Both the position numbers and the translations under genes were made by a program. A stretch of DNA of 64,000 nucleotides, taken from positions 67,890,001-67,954,000 of the forward strand of contig OX597827.1 in the NCBI GenBank assembly GCA_951406725.2. Direction: 5' to 3'. This document shows positions 25,801 to 38,596 of the stretch, in pieces (positions within the stretch are counted from its first letter, which is position 1; the number at the start of each line of letters is the position of its first letter). This stretch comes from Octopus vulgaris (Eukaryota). The notes beneath the pieces were generated by a model, which had not been told where the DNA came from, did no database searches, and saw nothing but the letters and a program-made list of their open reading frames with translations.

Positions 25801-25993
25801 TATCCATCTATCTATCTACCTATCTATCTATCTACCTATCTATCTATCTATCTATCTATCTCTGTCTCTGTTTCTCTCTATCTCATTCTCTCCCCCCTTT
25901 CTATTATTCTCTTTCTCCAGCCTCTACCATTCTCTCGCTGTATCTTTCTTTCCCTCGCTCTTCCACCTCATTTAATTGTCTTCCCAACTACCT

Positions 25994-26070
<77 letters not shown>

Positions 26071-26209
26071 TTATCTATCTCTCTATATTCTGTTTCTTAT
26101 TCCATTGATTGACCTGCTCTCTCGACTAAAATTACTTTGGGATTTCGGCTTTATCATGGCGACAGATGGATCTTTTAAGAGACGCCCTAATTTCCTGAAA
26201 CGGAACAAC

Positions 26210-26217
26210 ATCGTTAT

Positions 26218-26253
<36 letters not shown>

Positions 26254-26391
26254 AATCATCAACATTATCATCACCATCATCGTCACCATCATCATCAGCA
26301 AGCAGCAGCAGTATTGTTATCATCGTCATTATCTTCTTCATCATAGCCATCCTCCTCCTCCCCCACCTCCTCCTCCTCATCATCATCATCC

Positions 26392-26427
<36 letters not shown>

Positions 26428-26522
26428 ACATCATCATCATCATCGTAATCATCATCATCATCGTAATCATCATCATCGTAATCATCATCATCATCGTCGT
26501 AATCGTCATTGTAATCATCATC

Positions 26523-26554
<32 letters not shown>

Positions 26555-26732
26555 TTTCATCATCATCATCATCATCATCATCATTGTCGTCGGCAGCAGC
26601 AGCAACAGCAAGATCCCCGCACCTTCACTCCCGCTACCAGCCCCCACCATCGCCACCATCACCACGATAACCATCGCCGCCACTATCTCCATAACTCTCA
26701 TCATCATCATCATTATCATCAACGTCATCATT

Positions 26733-26769
<37 letters not shown>

Positions 26770-26800
26770 ACGTCATCGTCATCATCATCATCACCATTAG
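26210..26800. repeat. (CAT)n trinucleotide tract
   Basis: Directly visible. Confidence 0.9.
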
Positions 26801-27453
26801 TGGATCACAACCACTGTTTCCACGGTCAACCCCAACACCACCAACACTACCTCCACCATCACCACCACCCTCACCACCATCACTACCACCATCATCTTCA
26901 TCATCGCCAATATCTCCCACCCACCCACACTAACACCAGCACAATACATGTAACATTACTAATTCTTCGCCATCATAACAAACAATTCTCCTTTCGGATT
27001 GCATCCAACCGTCTCGAAAGGTGAGGTCACCTTGAAATAGCGTAGTCCTAGATACATAATGTTTCACGAGAATTATAAAAAGACGGAACGATTATTAGCG
27101 AAACGCCATTCATCTGGCTGGAGTGACGGCTCGTGTTTGGAGGACCACATGTCCCAAGGTCACGCCGGATGAAGAAGTGTCTCGAGGGGATGTGAACCGA
27201 CTAGGATCTTCAAGAGGGATTGGACCCACATGACCCGAACAGATGCTGACAAATGATGGATGCAGCGACGCGAAAGCAACGGGCGCACGTCCCCACACCT
27301 CATCTGACATTACGGGATGACCTTGGGCTAAAAGAACCGGAAGAACCATTATCATACAGTTCTATATTTAATAGATGAGGAATTATGTTCATTATTTACA
27401 TTATTTACATTATTTACATTTGACGGATATTTGTCCCTATCTTGTTTATTGTT

Positions 27454-27499
27454 AACACAACGTTTCGGCTGATATACCCTCCAACCTTCATCAGGTGTC
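27454..27499 (-). ncRNA. Minimal type I hammerhead ribozyme
   Basis: GACAC-CUGAUGA-A-GGUUG gaggguauau CAGCC-GAAAC-GUU-GUGUU: canonical core, stems I and II, palindromic ACGU stem III. Confidence 0.72.
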
Positions 27500-27547
27500 T
27501 TGAGGAAATTTCGAACCTAGGTTTTCATCCTTAAGGTATTTTTCGAG

Positions 27548-27616
<69 letters not shown>

Positions 27617-27781
27617 TTCTATATTTAAGAGATGAGGAATTATTTACATTATTTACATTTGACAGATATTTGTCCTCATCAATGTTTCGGCTGATATACC
27701 CTCCAGCCTTCATCAGGTGTCTTGGGGAAATTTCGAATTTGGGTTCTCATTCCTAAGGTATTTTTCGATGTTGTTATCATG

Positions 27782-27812
<31 letters not shown>

Positions 27813-27908
27813 TCACTGCCAGGAATCATGGGATTAGTAGCCCGCGCTCTTAACCACTACGCTATATGCTACTAACCCCGAGATTCCGAGTTCGATTCCA
27901 GGCAGTGA

Positions 27909-27986
<78 letters not shown>

Positions 27987-28041
27987 CAATAACATCGAAA
28001 AATACCATAGGAATGAGAACCCAGGTTCGAAATTTCCCCAA

Positions 28042-28087
28042 GACACCTGATGAAGGCTGGAGGGTATATCAGCCGAAACGTGGTGTT
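28042..28087 (+). ncRNA. Minimal type I hammerhead, cleavage triplet GUG (probably inactive)
   Basis: GACAC-CUGAUGA-A-GGCUG gaggguauau CAGCC-GAAAC-GUG-GUGUU. Confidence 0.62.
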
Positions 28088-28348
28088 AACAACAAACAAG
28101 ATTTTGGACAAATATCCGTCAAATGTAAATAATGTAAATAATGAGCCATTATCATGCTAGCAAGGAGGCTTATACATCAGTCGTGTGCAACCTGCGGCCC
28201 TCAGAACTTTCTCACCAATACACCAAATGGAAAACTACCTCGAATTTATATGTATGGTGGATGCAGCGAAGCGGCTGCAACGGCTCATGTCCCCCGCATC
28301 TAATCTGACCGGGTCATTCAGTGTAAGTTTTCGAGATTTAGGCAGATA

Positions 28349-28761
28349 CTCTTTTACACTTATACTTGTTTCAGTCATTTGACTGCGGCCATGCTGGAGC
28401 ACCGCTTTTAATCCAGCAACTCGACCCCGGAACTTATTCTTTTTGTAAGCCCAGTACTTATTCTATCGGTCTCTTTTTTTGCCGAACCGCTAATTGACGG
28501 GGACGTAAACACACCAGCATCGGTTGTCGAGCAATGCTAGGGGGACAAACACAGACACACAAACATATACACATACATATGTATATATACATATATACGA
28601 CAGGCTTCTTTCAGTTTCCGTCTACCAAATCCACTCACAAGGCTTTGGTCGGCCCGAGGCTATAGCAGAAGACACTTGCCCAAGGTGCCACGCAGTGGGA
28701 CTGAACCCGGAACCATGTGGTTGGTAAACAAGCTACTTACCACACAGCCACTCCTGCGCCT
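28349..28761 (-). mobile_element. SINE family A, full length
   Basis: Reverse complement of 4647-5050. Confidence 0.9.
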
Positions 28762-28809
28762 GATGTAGGGGTAAAAAAAACAAACAAACAGCCGTTATTA
28801 TACCAGGAG

Positions 28810-28972
28810 GGCGGCAAATTGGCAGAATCGTTAGCACGCTGGACGAAATACTTGGCAGCATTTCATCCGTCGTTACGTTCTGAGTTCAACTTCCGCCGAA
28901 GTCGACTTTGCCTTTCATCCTATCGGAGTCGATAAAATAAGTACCAGTTGAATACTGAGGTCGATGTAATCT
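28810..28972 (+). mobile_element. SINE family C, head and body
   Basis: Similarity to 6682-6845. Confidence 0.75.
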
Positions 28973-28999
28973 TCAAATTCCCGCCTACTCCAAGCTGTT

Positions 29000-29171
29000 C
29001 TTACTACTGCTGCCGCTGCTTCTACTGCTGCTGCTACTACAACTACTACTACAACTACTACTACAACTACTACTACAACTACTACTACTACTACTACTAC
29101 TGCTGCTTCCCCTGCTTCAACTACTACTACTACTGCTACTACTACTACTACTGCTAGTACCATTACTACTT

Positions 29172-29203
<32 letters not shown>

Positions 29204-29245
29204 ACTACTGCTTCAACTACTACTTCTACTATTACCACCACCACC

Positions 29246-29278
<33 letters not shown>

Positions 29279-29370
29279 GCTGCTGCTGCTACTACTACTT
29301 CAACTACTACTACTACTACTATTAGCACCACTACCACCACCACCACTACTACTAATGCTAATACTAATAC
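29000..29370. repeat. (CTA)n/(CTG)n tract
   Basis: Directly visible. Confidence 0.9.
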
Positions 29371-30149
29371 TGCACAGCTCACTAATCAGTATTAAACAGC
29401 ATCGGCGGCAGTGGCAGCAGTACGCCACCCCTGCTTCTCCCCTACCTTCCTCTCTTCTCACCTTGTTTTATCTCCCTTCCTGCTGTCCTCTCTAATTGGA
29501 CCTTTCACCTCTGTTAGCCCCACCGCAGTGCTATCTGTTGTCGTCGCCCCCCCCCACCACCACCATCATCACCACCGCCGCCACCATCGTTATTAATACC
29601 TTCACTACCACCTCTACTACGGGAAGACATTTTGTTTAGATCACTCGATTTTACTAGAAATAGCAGCCAGAGTACACCTCATTGTTAAAGAAAACTGCAT
29701 GCATTGGATGATATGCTGGATTCCTTCTCTGCACATGGAAAAAAGACGTGATGGTCACAGCTGGAATGCCAGTGATCAGAGCTAAAGAACAATATCAAAA
29801 GCAATCACCGCCACCAACTTCGCAATCCCAGGTTTTTTTCTGCAAACATGAACCTACCGTGAAATGGTCACCTGATCTGCATGAAATAGCAGCCAAATAT
29901 CCTTCAAATTACAGTCTATTGTTTTAGTAGAAAATGGCATATTGGCTAATGTGGTTCTGGATTACCCGCACATATATATATATGAAAAAAAGAAGAAAAT
30001 AGACATGTGGGTCATGGCTGGAATGTCTTTGATCATAGATTTGCTCGTTAAGGGTTGAGCTTGTTTTAAACAATAACGAAAAAAACAATAAGGATGGAAA
30101 TCGAAACCAAAACAACCACCACTACCATCTTCACCATCGCACTTTCCGC

Positions 30150-30240
30150 CCATTATCATCATCATCATCATCATCATAATCATTATCATCATTATCATCA
30201 CCATCACCATTATCATCATCATCCTCATCATCACCATTAC

Positions 30241-30275
<35 letters not shown>

Positions 30276-30303
30276 ACATCATCATCATCATCGTCGTCAT
30301 CAT

Positions 30304-30359
<56 letters not shown>

Positions 30360-31200
30360 CCATCATCATCATCGCACTATCACTGTCAGCCTCGCTGCCA
30401 GTACGGGCATCATCGTTACCAGCCAAACCATCACGCTAGACTCATCAAACCACGACCATCGCGACCGCCACCACCACGTCTGCTCCTGGCCTCAGTTACA
30501 TCTTTCACCGCCATCGCCGCCACCATCTCAACCACCACCACAATCACCACCACTACCCTCATCGCCACTACCACCACCACCACTAATACGATCACAACCA
30601 CTACCACCCTCATCACCATTACCACCACCACCAACACCACCGTCAACACCACCATCACCATCACCACCACCTTCATCACCACTGCCACCATCACCACCAA
30701 TATGATCACAGCCACCATCACCACGACCTGCACTATCACCACCACCACCACTACCACCGTCAACACCACCACCACCATCACCACCACTAGCAACACACGC
30801 ACCAATACTTTCACCACCACCATCACTACCCCACCATCACCACCACTTCTGCTACAACCACCACCACCACAATCAACACTACGATCACAAACACCCACGA
30901 CCTCCACTATCACCACCACCACCACCGTTACCACCATCACAAGTATCACTACAACCATCATCACGAACATCACTATCACCACCACCACCACCACCACTCC
31001 CACTATCACCACCACCGCCAACAACAACAACCACCACCAGCACCACAAATAAATACCAGCATCACCACAGTCGTGCTGGTCGCACTAACACCGTCACCAT
31101 CACTCCTCTGTCACAACCGCTACCCTCACCACCATCACTATCATTGTCACTATTTCCACCACAACCACCACCACCACCACTACCACCATCGTCGCCGCCA
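30150..31200. repeat. (CAT)n/(CAC)n degenerate trinucleotide tract
   Basis: Directly visible. Confidence 0.88.
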
Positions 31201-32129
31201 TCTTTGTCTTCCTCTTAAATCTCTCTCTTATACAGCATGCAATCGTCGCTATGGTGACGTCAATCTCGCCCGCCACCGCAGTAACTTCGCAGCTCGATTG
31301 CTACATCCTCACTACCCTTAGCCCCTAAACACCTTTCTCCTCTGACACAAATCCCTATTTCTCACCATCATTTACCACCTCCCTCTCCGCACCCACCGAC
31401 CACCCTCTCTGATCCTCCTTCTGCCCTCTCGATATTTGTTCTTTGGAATTAATTCATCCCTCCCCTTAATTCCTGTCTGGTTCAACTGGCTTCTAACATT
31501 TTTCCACTCAAGTCCAGTTTTTGCTTTATTTCTCTCTCACTCTATCTCTTACACCTTATATATATATATATATATATATACACACCTGTCTACTTAATTG
31601 CCTGCATATCAACTATCTACCTACACTCTCTTTCTCACTTCCTCCATATATATATAGAGAGAGGAACGCACACATACACGCACATGCACACACACATACA
31701 CATACACACACACACACACGCACATATGCATGACTGTGTGTGTGTGTGTATACATTGATATATATATATTCTTTTACAAATTTAAGTATTTTGACTACGG
31801 CCATGCTGGAGCACCGCCTTTTAGTCAAATATATATACATACACACACACACACACGTACACACATATATTTATATATATATATATATATTGTCGGCTCT
31901 TTACTCCTCATTTCGGGCATTCAACGACAATATGATTCTTCAAAGACAGTTTCTCCCATATATATATATACATATACATATTAGAGGGATGACCACTATG
32001 TGGACAACCCTTATGCTAGAAGTAGATCCGCTACGGTTTTACCACTAAAGAATATTCTGAAGAAAAATCAGCAAACACCAGAACGTAAGCGAGCAAGACA
32101 AATGAAAAGTAACAAAATATAGATTATTT

Positions 32130-32198
32130 ACATACATGTTTCACTATTAACGGATTACGTAATTTTACTTACGCAATTTGTCCGTAGATCTTCAGTGT
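32130..32198 (-). ncRNA. Type I hammerhead motif with extended, well-paired stem II
   Basis: ACA-CUGAAGA-u-CUA-CGG-acaa-AUUGCGUAA guaaaa UUACGUAAU-CCG-uuaa-UAG-u-GAAAC-au-GUA-UGU; stem III is the palindrome ACAUGU. Confidence 0.65.
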
Positions 32199-32279
32199 GA
32201 CCGTCCATACAAATATAATATGCAGAACTATACACAGAGACATGTATGTGAACAATGCCAGCTAGCAAGCTTTCAAAGC

Positions 32280-33270
32280 ATCTTATACTCCGCTACAAAT
32301 GCTGAGCACAAAGGTTAGGCCTCACAGCTTGACCATCTAGAACAGGCTCGAAGCTTAACAACCCTTCGAAAATTTACCAAGCGCACATGACCTCCTGTTC
32401 TAAACGCCCTTGTTTGACAACAGGTTTTGAAGCCTGGCTGGAATGAAGCTACTGTTTCTCTCATTAGAACTATGAAAAGAGATGCATTTTTCATCTTTTT
32501 GCAATTTGACATTTATAACAGTGTTTTAATTGTTTTCAATTGTTCACACGCCGCTGAACGTGGTCATTGGTCAGTCCACGAGGAGCCTCTTCCTTCTCGA
32601 GCCATGCCTGGCTCATAAGGGCCAGTTTTCCCGTTTCCTTGGCGTATAGGTTCCCCACCTGGACCGGACACCGGTCCGTCGCAGTTGAGCTGCAAGATGC
32701 AGGTAGAAAGAGTGAGAGAAAGTTGTGGCGAAAGAGTCAACAGAAGTTCGCCATTACCTCCTGCTGGAGCCGCGTGGAGCTTAGGTGTTTTGCTCATAAA
32801 CACACTCATCGCCCGGTCTGAGATTCGAACCCGCGATCCCTCGACCGCGAGTCCGCTGCTCTAACCACTAGGCCATGTGCCTCCACGAGGAGCCTCTCGA
32901 TAGTATCTATTCATAAGGCTGGGCATTGTGAAGAACAAAGTTCTGCCGTCAACGTACGAAGGCTTCTACTTGGTTGTTGTAAAACTATTTCAAGCGAAAC
33001 CTCATCTTCCACAAGTCTCCCTGATCTTGATTTGTCTTCGAAGTAGGTATCACCTTCCTTGAAGCGTCTGAACCAGTTTTGTTCCAGGGACTGCCTTTGA
33101 ACTTAGTCCTTTTTTTTCCACAAGCAATACTTGCAATTTTTACACTACTCATTTAAAAAAATGTAAACTAAAGAACAAACAATTAATTAGAAAATTACTA
33201 ATTTTAAATCTTACAATGTGAGATATTCAACAACAGTACTTTGTCGTAAAGATTGTTTGCCAACAAAACA
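32280..33270 (-). pseudogene. Mariner transposase relic interrupted by a SINE
   Basis: NWFRRFKEGDTYFEDKSRSGRL (~33078-33013), APRGLTNDHVQRRV (WVPHEL equivalent, ~32587-32545), DEKC (DEKW equivalent), KPVVKQGRLEQEVMCAW*IFEG...DGQAV..NLCAQHL. Confidence 0.82.
32591..32886 (-). mobile_element. tRNA-derived SINE family B2 (B-like head, different tail) with TSD
   Basis: A box TGGCCTAGTGG, B box GGTTCGAATCTC; GAGGAGCCTCT at 32580-32590 and 32887-32897; fragments also at 42700-42905 and 43140-43212. Confidence 0.88.
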
Positions 33271-33428
33271 TGGCAGTCCTGGTTTAGGGACTAAGTACTA
33301 GCTGCTTACTGGAGTCGATCTAATCGCCTGGCTCTCTGCCCCAAAATTTCGGGCCTTGTGCCTGGAGTAGAAAAAAAATATATATACTTTCCACGGAGTA
33401 TTCGTTTTCTTCTCTCTCGACTTTTCAT

Positions 33429-33463
33429 TTTTCTGACGAAGAGCCATGCTCGAAACGTCACAC
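33429..33463 (+). ncRNA. Minimal hammerhead motif, stem I decayed
   Basis: CUGACGA-A-GAGC cau GCUC-GAAAC-GUC; same family as 19379, 38928 and 50642. Confidence 0.5.
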
Positions 33464-33730
33464 ACCCGTTCTTTATTTTCTTTTTTTACTATCTTAAACT
33501 GAGCGTCATCCTAACAAATTCACTATTGTCATTTTGGTTTTTTTTTTATTTTAGTTTCAATAATAAATCTCTGAACGAGATGTAAACAGTAACCGCTCGA
33601 CAATGTAAAGTAATAATAAATTATACTTTACATATTTTAGTTTCATTTTTGATTTGTACACACACACACGCACACATACACACACATACATACATACATA
33701 CATACATACATACATACATACATACATACA

Positions 33731-33762
<32 letters not shown>

Positions 33763-33856
33763 CATAATTGTGTGTAAGTGTGTGTATGCGTGTTTATATG
33801 TGTGACAGATACAGTGGGAAGGGGAGCTGGAAAGAGAAAGTGAAAGAGAATGTGTG

Positions 33857-33894
<38 letters not shown>

Positions 33895-34741
33895 CACACA
33901 TATATATATACATACATATATATACACACACATACATATATATATATATATATGTATGTGTGTGTATATATATGTATATATACTTATATATGTATATATA
34001 TATACATATATGTGTGTGTGTGTATGTATGTATGTATGTATGTATGTATGTATGTATGTATGTATGTATGTATGCAAATATGTATGTACGCATGTATCCG
34101 TTTACCATCGCGCGAAGAGCTGCCTTGCAACATTTTTGTGAAGGGTCTGGTTTTGTTGGACGAAAGAAAAGGCAAACTGTTAGGGGTCGTGAACCCGGAC
34201 AGCTTGGTGGTATAGCCGGGGTGGAGATGGGATGAGGTTGTTAGTGGCGCTGAGGATGGGGGTAGTGGTAGTGACGATTGTGATGGCGGTGGCGATGGCG
34301 GTGGTGGTTGTGGTGGTGGTGGTGGTGGTGGTGGTGGTGGTGGTGAGCGGGTAGTTGTCAGGTGACGGAGGTGTGGATAATCTTAAAGTCAGTTATCATC
34401 TTCAATCCTTCCTCTCTTCATTAAAACTATTTCGCGATCCCTCCCACTACTAAGCCCCTTCTTATATACCCTTCTTTCTCTCCCTCTCCTTCTCTCTCTC
34501 TCTCTCTCGCCTTTGTATACCATCAGCAGCATTTTTCGTATATCCTCACCCAGCAACGTATAAGCTTAGTTCGAGGTTAGAGTATAGAGGGAGGGCGGGG
34601 CGGTGACGTAGTAGTAGTAGTAGTAGTAGTAGTAGCAGTAGTAGCAGCAGTAGTTTCCATAGTAGTTGTAGGGGTGGTGGCGTCGGTGATGGTGATGGTG
34701 TTGGTGGAGGAGGAGAACATCGTAGTGGCAGCAGCAGCAGC

Positions 34742-34812
<71 letters not shown>

Positions 34813-35799
34813 GTAGCAGCAATATTAGTAGTAGTTGTATTGTTGGTTGCGTCGATCACCAGTGTAATGTCATTGACCATATTGCCTGCTCGACCAGAGA
34901 TGACCTGGGGCTAAATAACAACAACACCACAGTAAGGGATGTTCTATTTGTTATTGCTATTGTTGATGGTGGTGATGGTGGGGATGGTTGTGGTGGTAGT
35001 AGTTATGGTGGTGATGGCAATGGTTACAATAGCGATGGGTATGGTGGTTGTGTTGACGGTGATGGTGGTGATGGTGGTGGTGGCTGTGGTGGTGGTGGTG
35101 GCTGTGGTGGCTGTATTGCTGTTGGTGGCGGTGGTTATGTTTGTGGTGGTGATGGTGGTCGTGACATTGGTGATGGTGGTCGTCGTCGTCGTGTTGGTTG
35201 TGGTGGTGGTGATGGTGGTGATGGCGGTGGTGGTGATTGTGGTGGTGGTGATGGTGATGGTGGTGGTGGTGGTGATGGTGGTGGTGGCCGTGGTGGTGGT
35301 GGTGGTGGTGGTTGTGGTGGTTGTGGTGGTGGTGGTGATGGTTTTGGTGTTGGGGATAGTGGTGGTGGTGGTGGTGGTAGTGATGGTGAGGTTGGTGAAT
35401 ACTATAGCTTGTTTTCCAGTTTACAATGATGGCTGCAGCGGCGACGTGGAGGCACTGGTGGTGGTGGTGGCGTCGGTGATGGTGGTGGTGGTGGTGGTGG
35501 TGGTGGTGGTGGTGGCGGCGGTGGTAGAATGAACGCGGAAGACTTGTTAAGAGGGAGAAATAGTAAGGATGAAAGTGAGAGTGGTGGAAGGGGTGTGGGG
35601 CGTGGGGAAGATGATTGAGGGCGGGGAATGATATTAGAATACTAGAGGTGTTTGTAAGATGGGGGAAGGGTCAGCAGGCGATGATGATGGTGTGGTGGAG
35701 TTGGAGAGGATGAAGAGCAGGGAGAGGTGGGGAGCTGGCAATGTTAGTGGATTCGGGAGATTATAGGAAGTTGCGTTTCATGTGTGTGTATTTATTCTT

Positions 35800-36215
35800 C
35801 TATTTGTTTCAGTCATTTGACTGCGGCCATGCTGGGGCACCGCCTTTAGTCGAGCAAATCGACCCCAGGACTTATTCTTTGTAAGCCTAGTACTTATTCT
35901 ATCGGTCTGTCATGCCGAACAGCTAAGTGACGGTGTCGTAAACACAACTGCTTCGGTTGTCTTCGTCGTATATATTTATATGTATGTGTGTGTGTATATT
36001 TCTGTGTGTCTGTGTTTGTCCCCCCCCCCGCCCAACATCGCTTGACAACCGATGCTCGTGTGTTTACGTCACCGTACATTAGTGGTTCGGCAAAAGAGAC
36101 CGATAGAATAAGTACTAGGCCTACAAAGAATAAGTCCTGGAGTCGATTTGTTCGATTAGAGGCGGTGCTCCAGCATGGCCGCATTCAAATGACTGAAGCA
36201 AGTAAAAGAATAAAA
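35800..36215. mobile_element. Two SINE A 3' halves in inverted orientation
   Basis: 35800-35962 (-) and 35985-36215 (+). Confidence 0.8.
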
Positions 36216-36652
36216 GAATATGTGTATATATTATACACTCACGCAGGCTGGCCCCCAAAATAGTGTGAAGGATACAAAGAGAGACGAGTGTTCGTTTCGT
36301 GACCAGAAGATAATATATATAATTAGAGAATAGAGGAGGAAAGAGAAAAGAAAAATAAAGGACATGCAGTAGGGGGCGGGGTGGGGGGGGAAGATGGAGC
36401 AAAGAAGAAAGAATAGAAAAGGAAGATAAGGGAGAGAAAACAAAGTGCTAGTAATGATACACCCAGAGTTAACATGGCCGAGGTCAGAGCCACCTTAGCA
36501 GCATCACAGGCCCCCGAGGAATTCAATGCATAAAGCCCTATAATATTTATTTCTTGACTGCAAGCCACAACATGTACAGGGTCTCCAGACTTGTGGGTCC
36601 CCTGGGTAACTTTCCAGTGTACTAATGCCTTAAGATGGCCCTGGCAAAGGTA

Positions 36653-37042
36653 GTAGTAGGAGCACTCCGTCGGTTACGACGATGAGGGTCCCAGCTGATC
36701 CGAATCAACGGAACAGCCTGCTCGTGAAATTAACGTGTAAGTGGCTGAGCACTCCACAGACACGTGTACCCTTAACGTAGTTCTCGGGGATATTCAGCGT
36801 GACACAGAGAGTGACAAGGCCGGCCCCTTGAAATACAGGTACAACAGAAACAGGAAGTAAGAGTGAGAGAAAGTTGTGGTGAAAGAGTACAGCAGGGATC
36901 ACCACCATCCCCTGCCGGAGCCTCGTGGAGCTTTTAGGAGTTTTCGCTCAATAAACACTCACAACGCCCGGTCTGGGAATCGAAACCGCGATCCTACGAC
37001 CGCGAGTCCGCTGCCCTAACCACTGAGCCATTGCGCCTCCAC
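36653..37042 (-). mobile_element. SINE family B, full length, flanked by a ~120-bp direct duplication
   Basis: 36532-36652 is repeated at 37043-37148; short (TAC)n tail. Confidence 0.92.
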
Positions 37043-37354
37043 AAAGCCCTATAATATTATTTCTTGACTGCAAGCCACAACATGTACAGGGTCCCCAGAC
37101 TTGTGGGTCCCCTGGGTAACTTTCCTTAAGATGGCCCTGGCAAAGGTAAATGATAGGGTATATTAGTGTTTATAAATGGCGGTTTGTAGTTTTCTTGAAT
37201 CGTATTAATGTGTTGCTTAGGACTACGGAAATGGACTGTCGTTTAAATCCAAGAAAGCGATTAGCAAGTAATTTACGAGCTGTTTTTATCTTAAAAACTA
37301 CAATTGTGGTTTGTAGTCCTTGATTTATATGCATATTTAAATGTCAATATATAT

Positions 37355-37425
37355 ACCAAAGCTTTGTGAGTGGATTTCGTAGACGGAAGTTGAAAGAAGC
37401 CCGTCGTGTGTGTGTGTGTGTGCGT

Positions 37426-37466
<41 letters not shown>

Positions 37467-37578
37467 TGTGTGTGTGTTTGTCCTCCCCCCACCCCTCCCA
37501 ACATAGTTTGACAACCGATGCTGGTGAGTTTACGTCCCCGAAACCAAGCGGTTCGGCAAATGAGACCGATAGAATAAG
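37355..37578 (+). mobile_element. SINE family A, central part
   Basis: Similarity to 4760-4950. Confidence 0.75.
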
Positions 37579-37950
37579 ATACATGGAGATCTTATGCAAT
37601 TGACATCATGGACTTTCTGGGATTGTAATCAATGGTTTGTTGAACTTGTTGGATAAATTCAAGTGTTCTGATGATTTCAGAGCATTTAGAATGCTTTTTA
37701 TGCGTTGATACTGGTGATACGTTTCCATCTTCAGTCTCTAGCTCCTTACAAACTCCGTAGACCAAAGTTCTGGTAACTTTCAAAAATCGAGATATTTCTA
37801 AATCGCTAAGTTCGGCCTTTATTGCAGCATGCTTCTTCATTTCTCGCGTAAACTGAGGGTCAGACATTATTATTTTCTGCAACAAAGACTATACGGAGTT
37901 AGCAAGAAATGCAGCAATGACCCCCAAAAGATGTATGTCCTCAAATACCT
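37578..37950 (-). pseudogene. Tc1/mariner transposase N-terminal (HTH) fragment
   Basis: ORF 37592-37885: SDLEISRFLKVTRTLVYGV...IRTLEFIQQVQQTIDYNPRKSMMSIA continuing RDLHVS. Confidence 0.7.
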
Positions 37951-37958
37951 TACGCGCC

Positions 37959-38077
<119 letters not shown>

Positions 38078-38596
38078 TGAGTGTGTGTATGTATGTATAT
38101 AAATGTGTGTGTGTATTTGTGTATGTGTGTGTGGGGGGGGGTGATGCCATTGTACAGGATAACAATAACTCTATAGACGACATTCTTTGAAACGAAAGAT
38201 ACACGAGTGGACAGGGTTTGAGCCATTAATGGAACTAACCACCAATAATTTTAAGAAACGATTCACACGGCATATAAACACCATTAGACGCAGGAGTAAG
38301 GTAATTCTTACCTTCCTGTCTTGCTTCCTCTAGTGACACTGGTACAAAGAAACGACTTCTCCTGCATTACATTGAGACATGGCAAATCCTTAAGAAATAA
38401 ACCTAGCTGTTTCTTGTAGTAAATATTAATACTTACACCTAAACTAAAAAAAATTTCAGGGGCCCTTAAAATGTTACTCTGAATCCCCAATTTACTGTTT
38501 TGTTATATGGACACCCGAAAATCTTATGAGGACCTTCAGGAACCATATGGAGCCCGGTTGAAAACCGCTGGACTAAATCTTTCAAGACAAATGATC

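Larger units (their letters stand above)
27354..28143. mobile_element. tRNA-headed, hammerhead-tailed SINE-like element (family F): two tandem minus copies plus one inverted plus copy
   Basis: Tails at 27354-27550 (-), 27614-27775 (-) and 27985-28143 (+); tRNA-like heads at 27809-27869 (-) and 27868-27912 (+); (ATT)n linkers. Confidence 0.8.

Noticed and set aside
27100-27350. Possible RTE-type LINE 3' fragment (PRSRRMKK...DL); similar impression at 51320-51700
   Set aside because: Too degenerate to support from sequence alone
34674-35532. Gly-rich and Val-rich ORFs resembling structural proteins
   Set aside because: (GGT)n-derived; the one complex stretch (34855-34925) matches an old short repeat also seen at 29750-29800 and 30010-30075
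35585-35630. G-quadruplex-capable runs (also 19985-20040, 36370-36392)
   Set aside because: Expected in low-complexity purine tracts; no functional context
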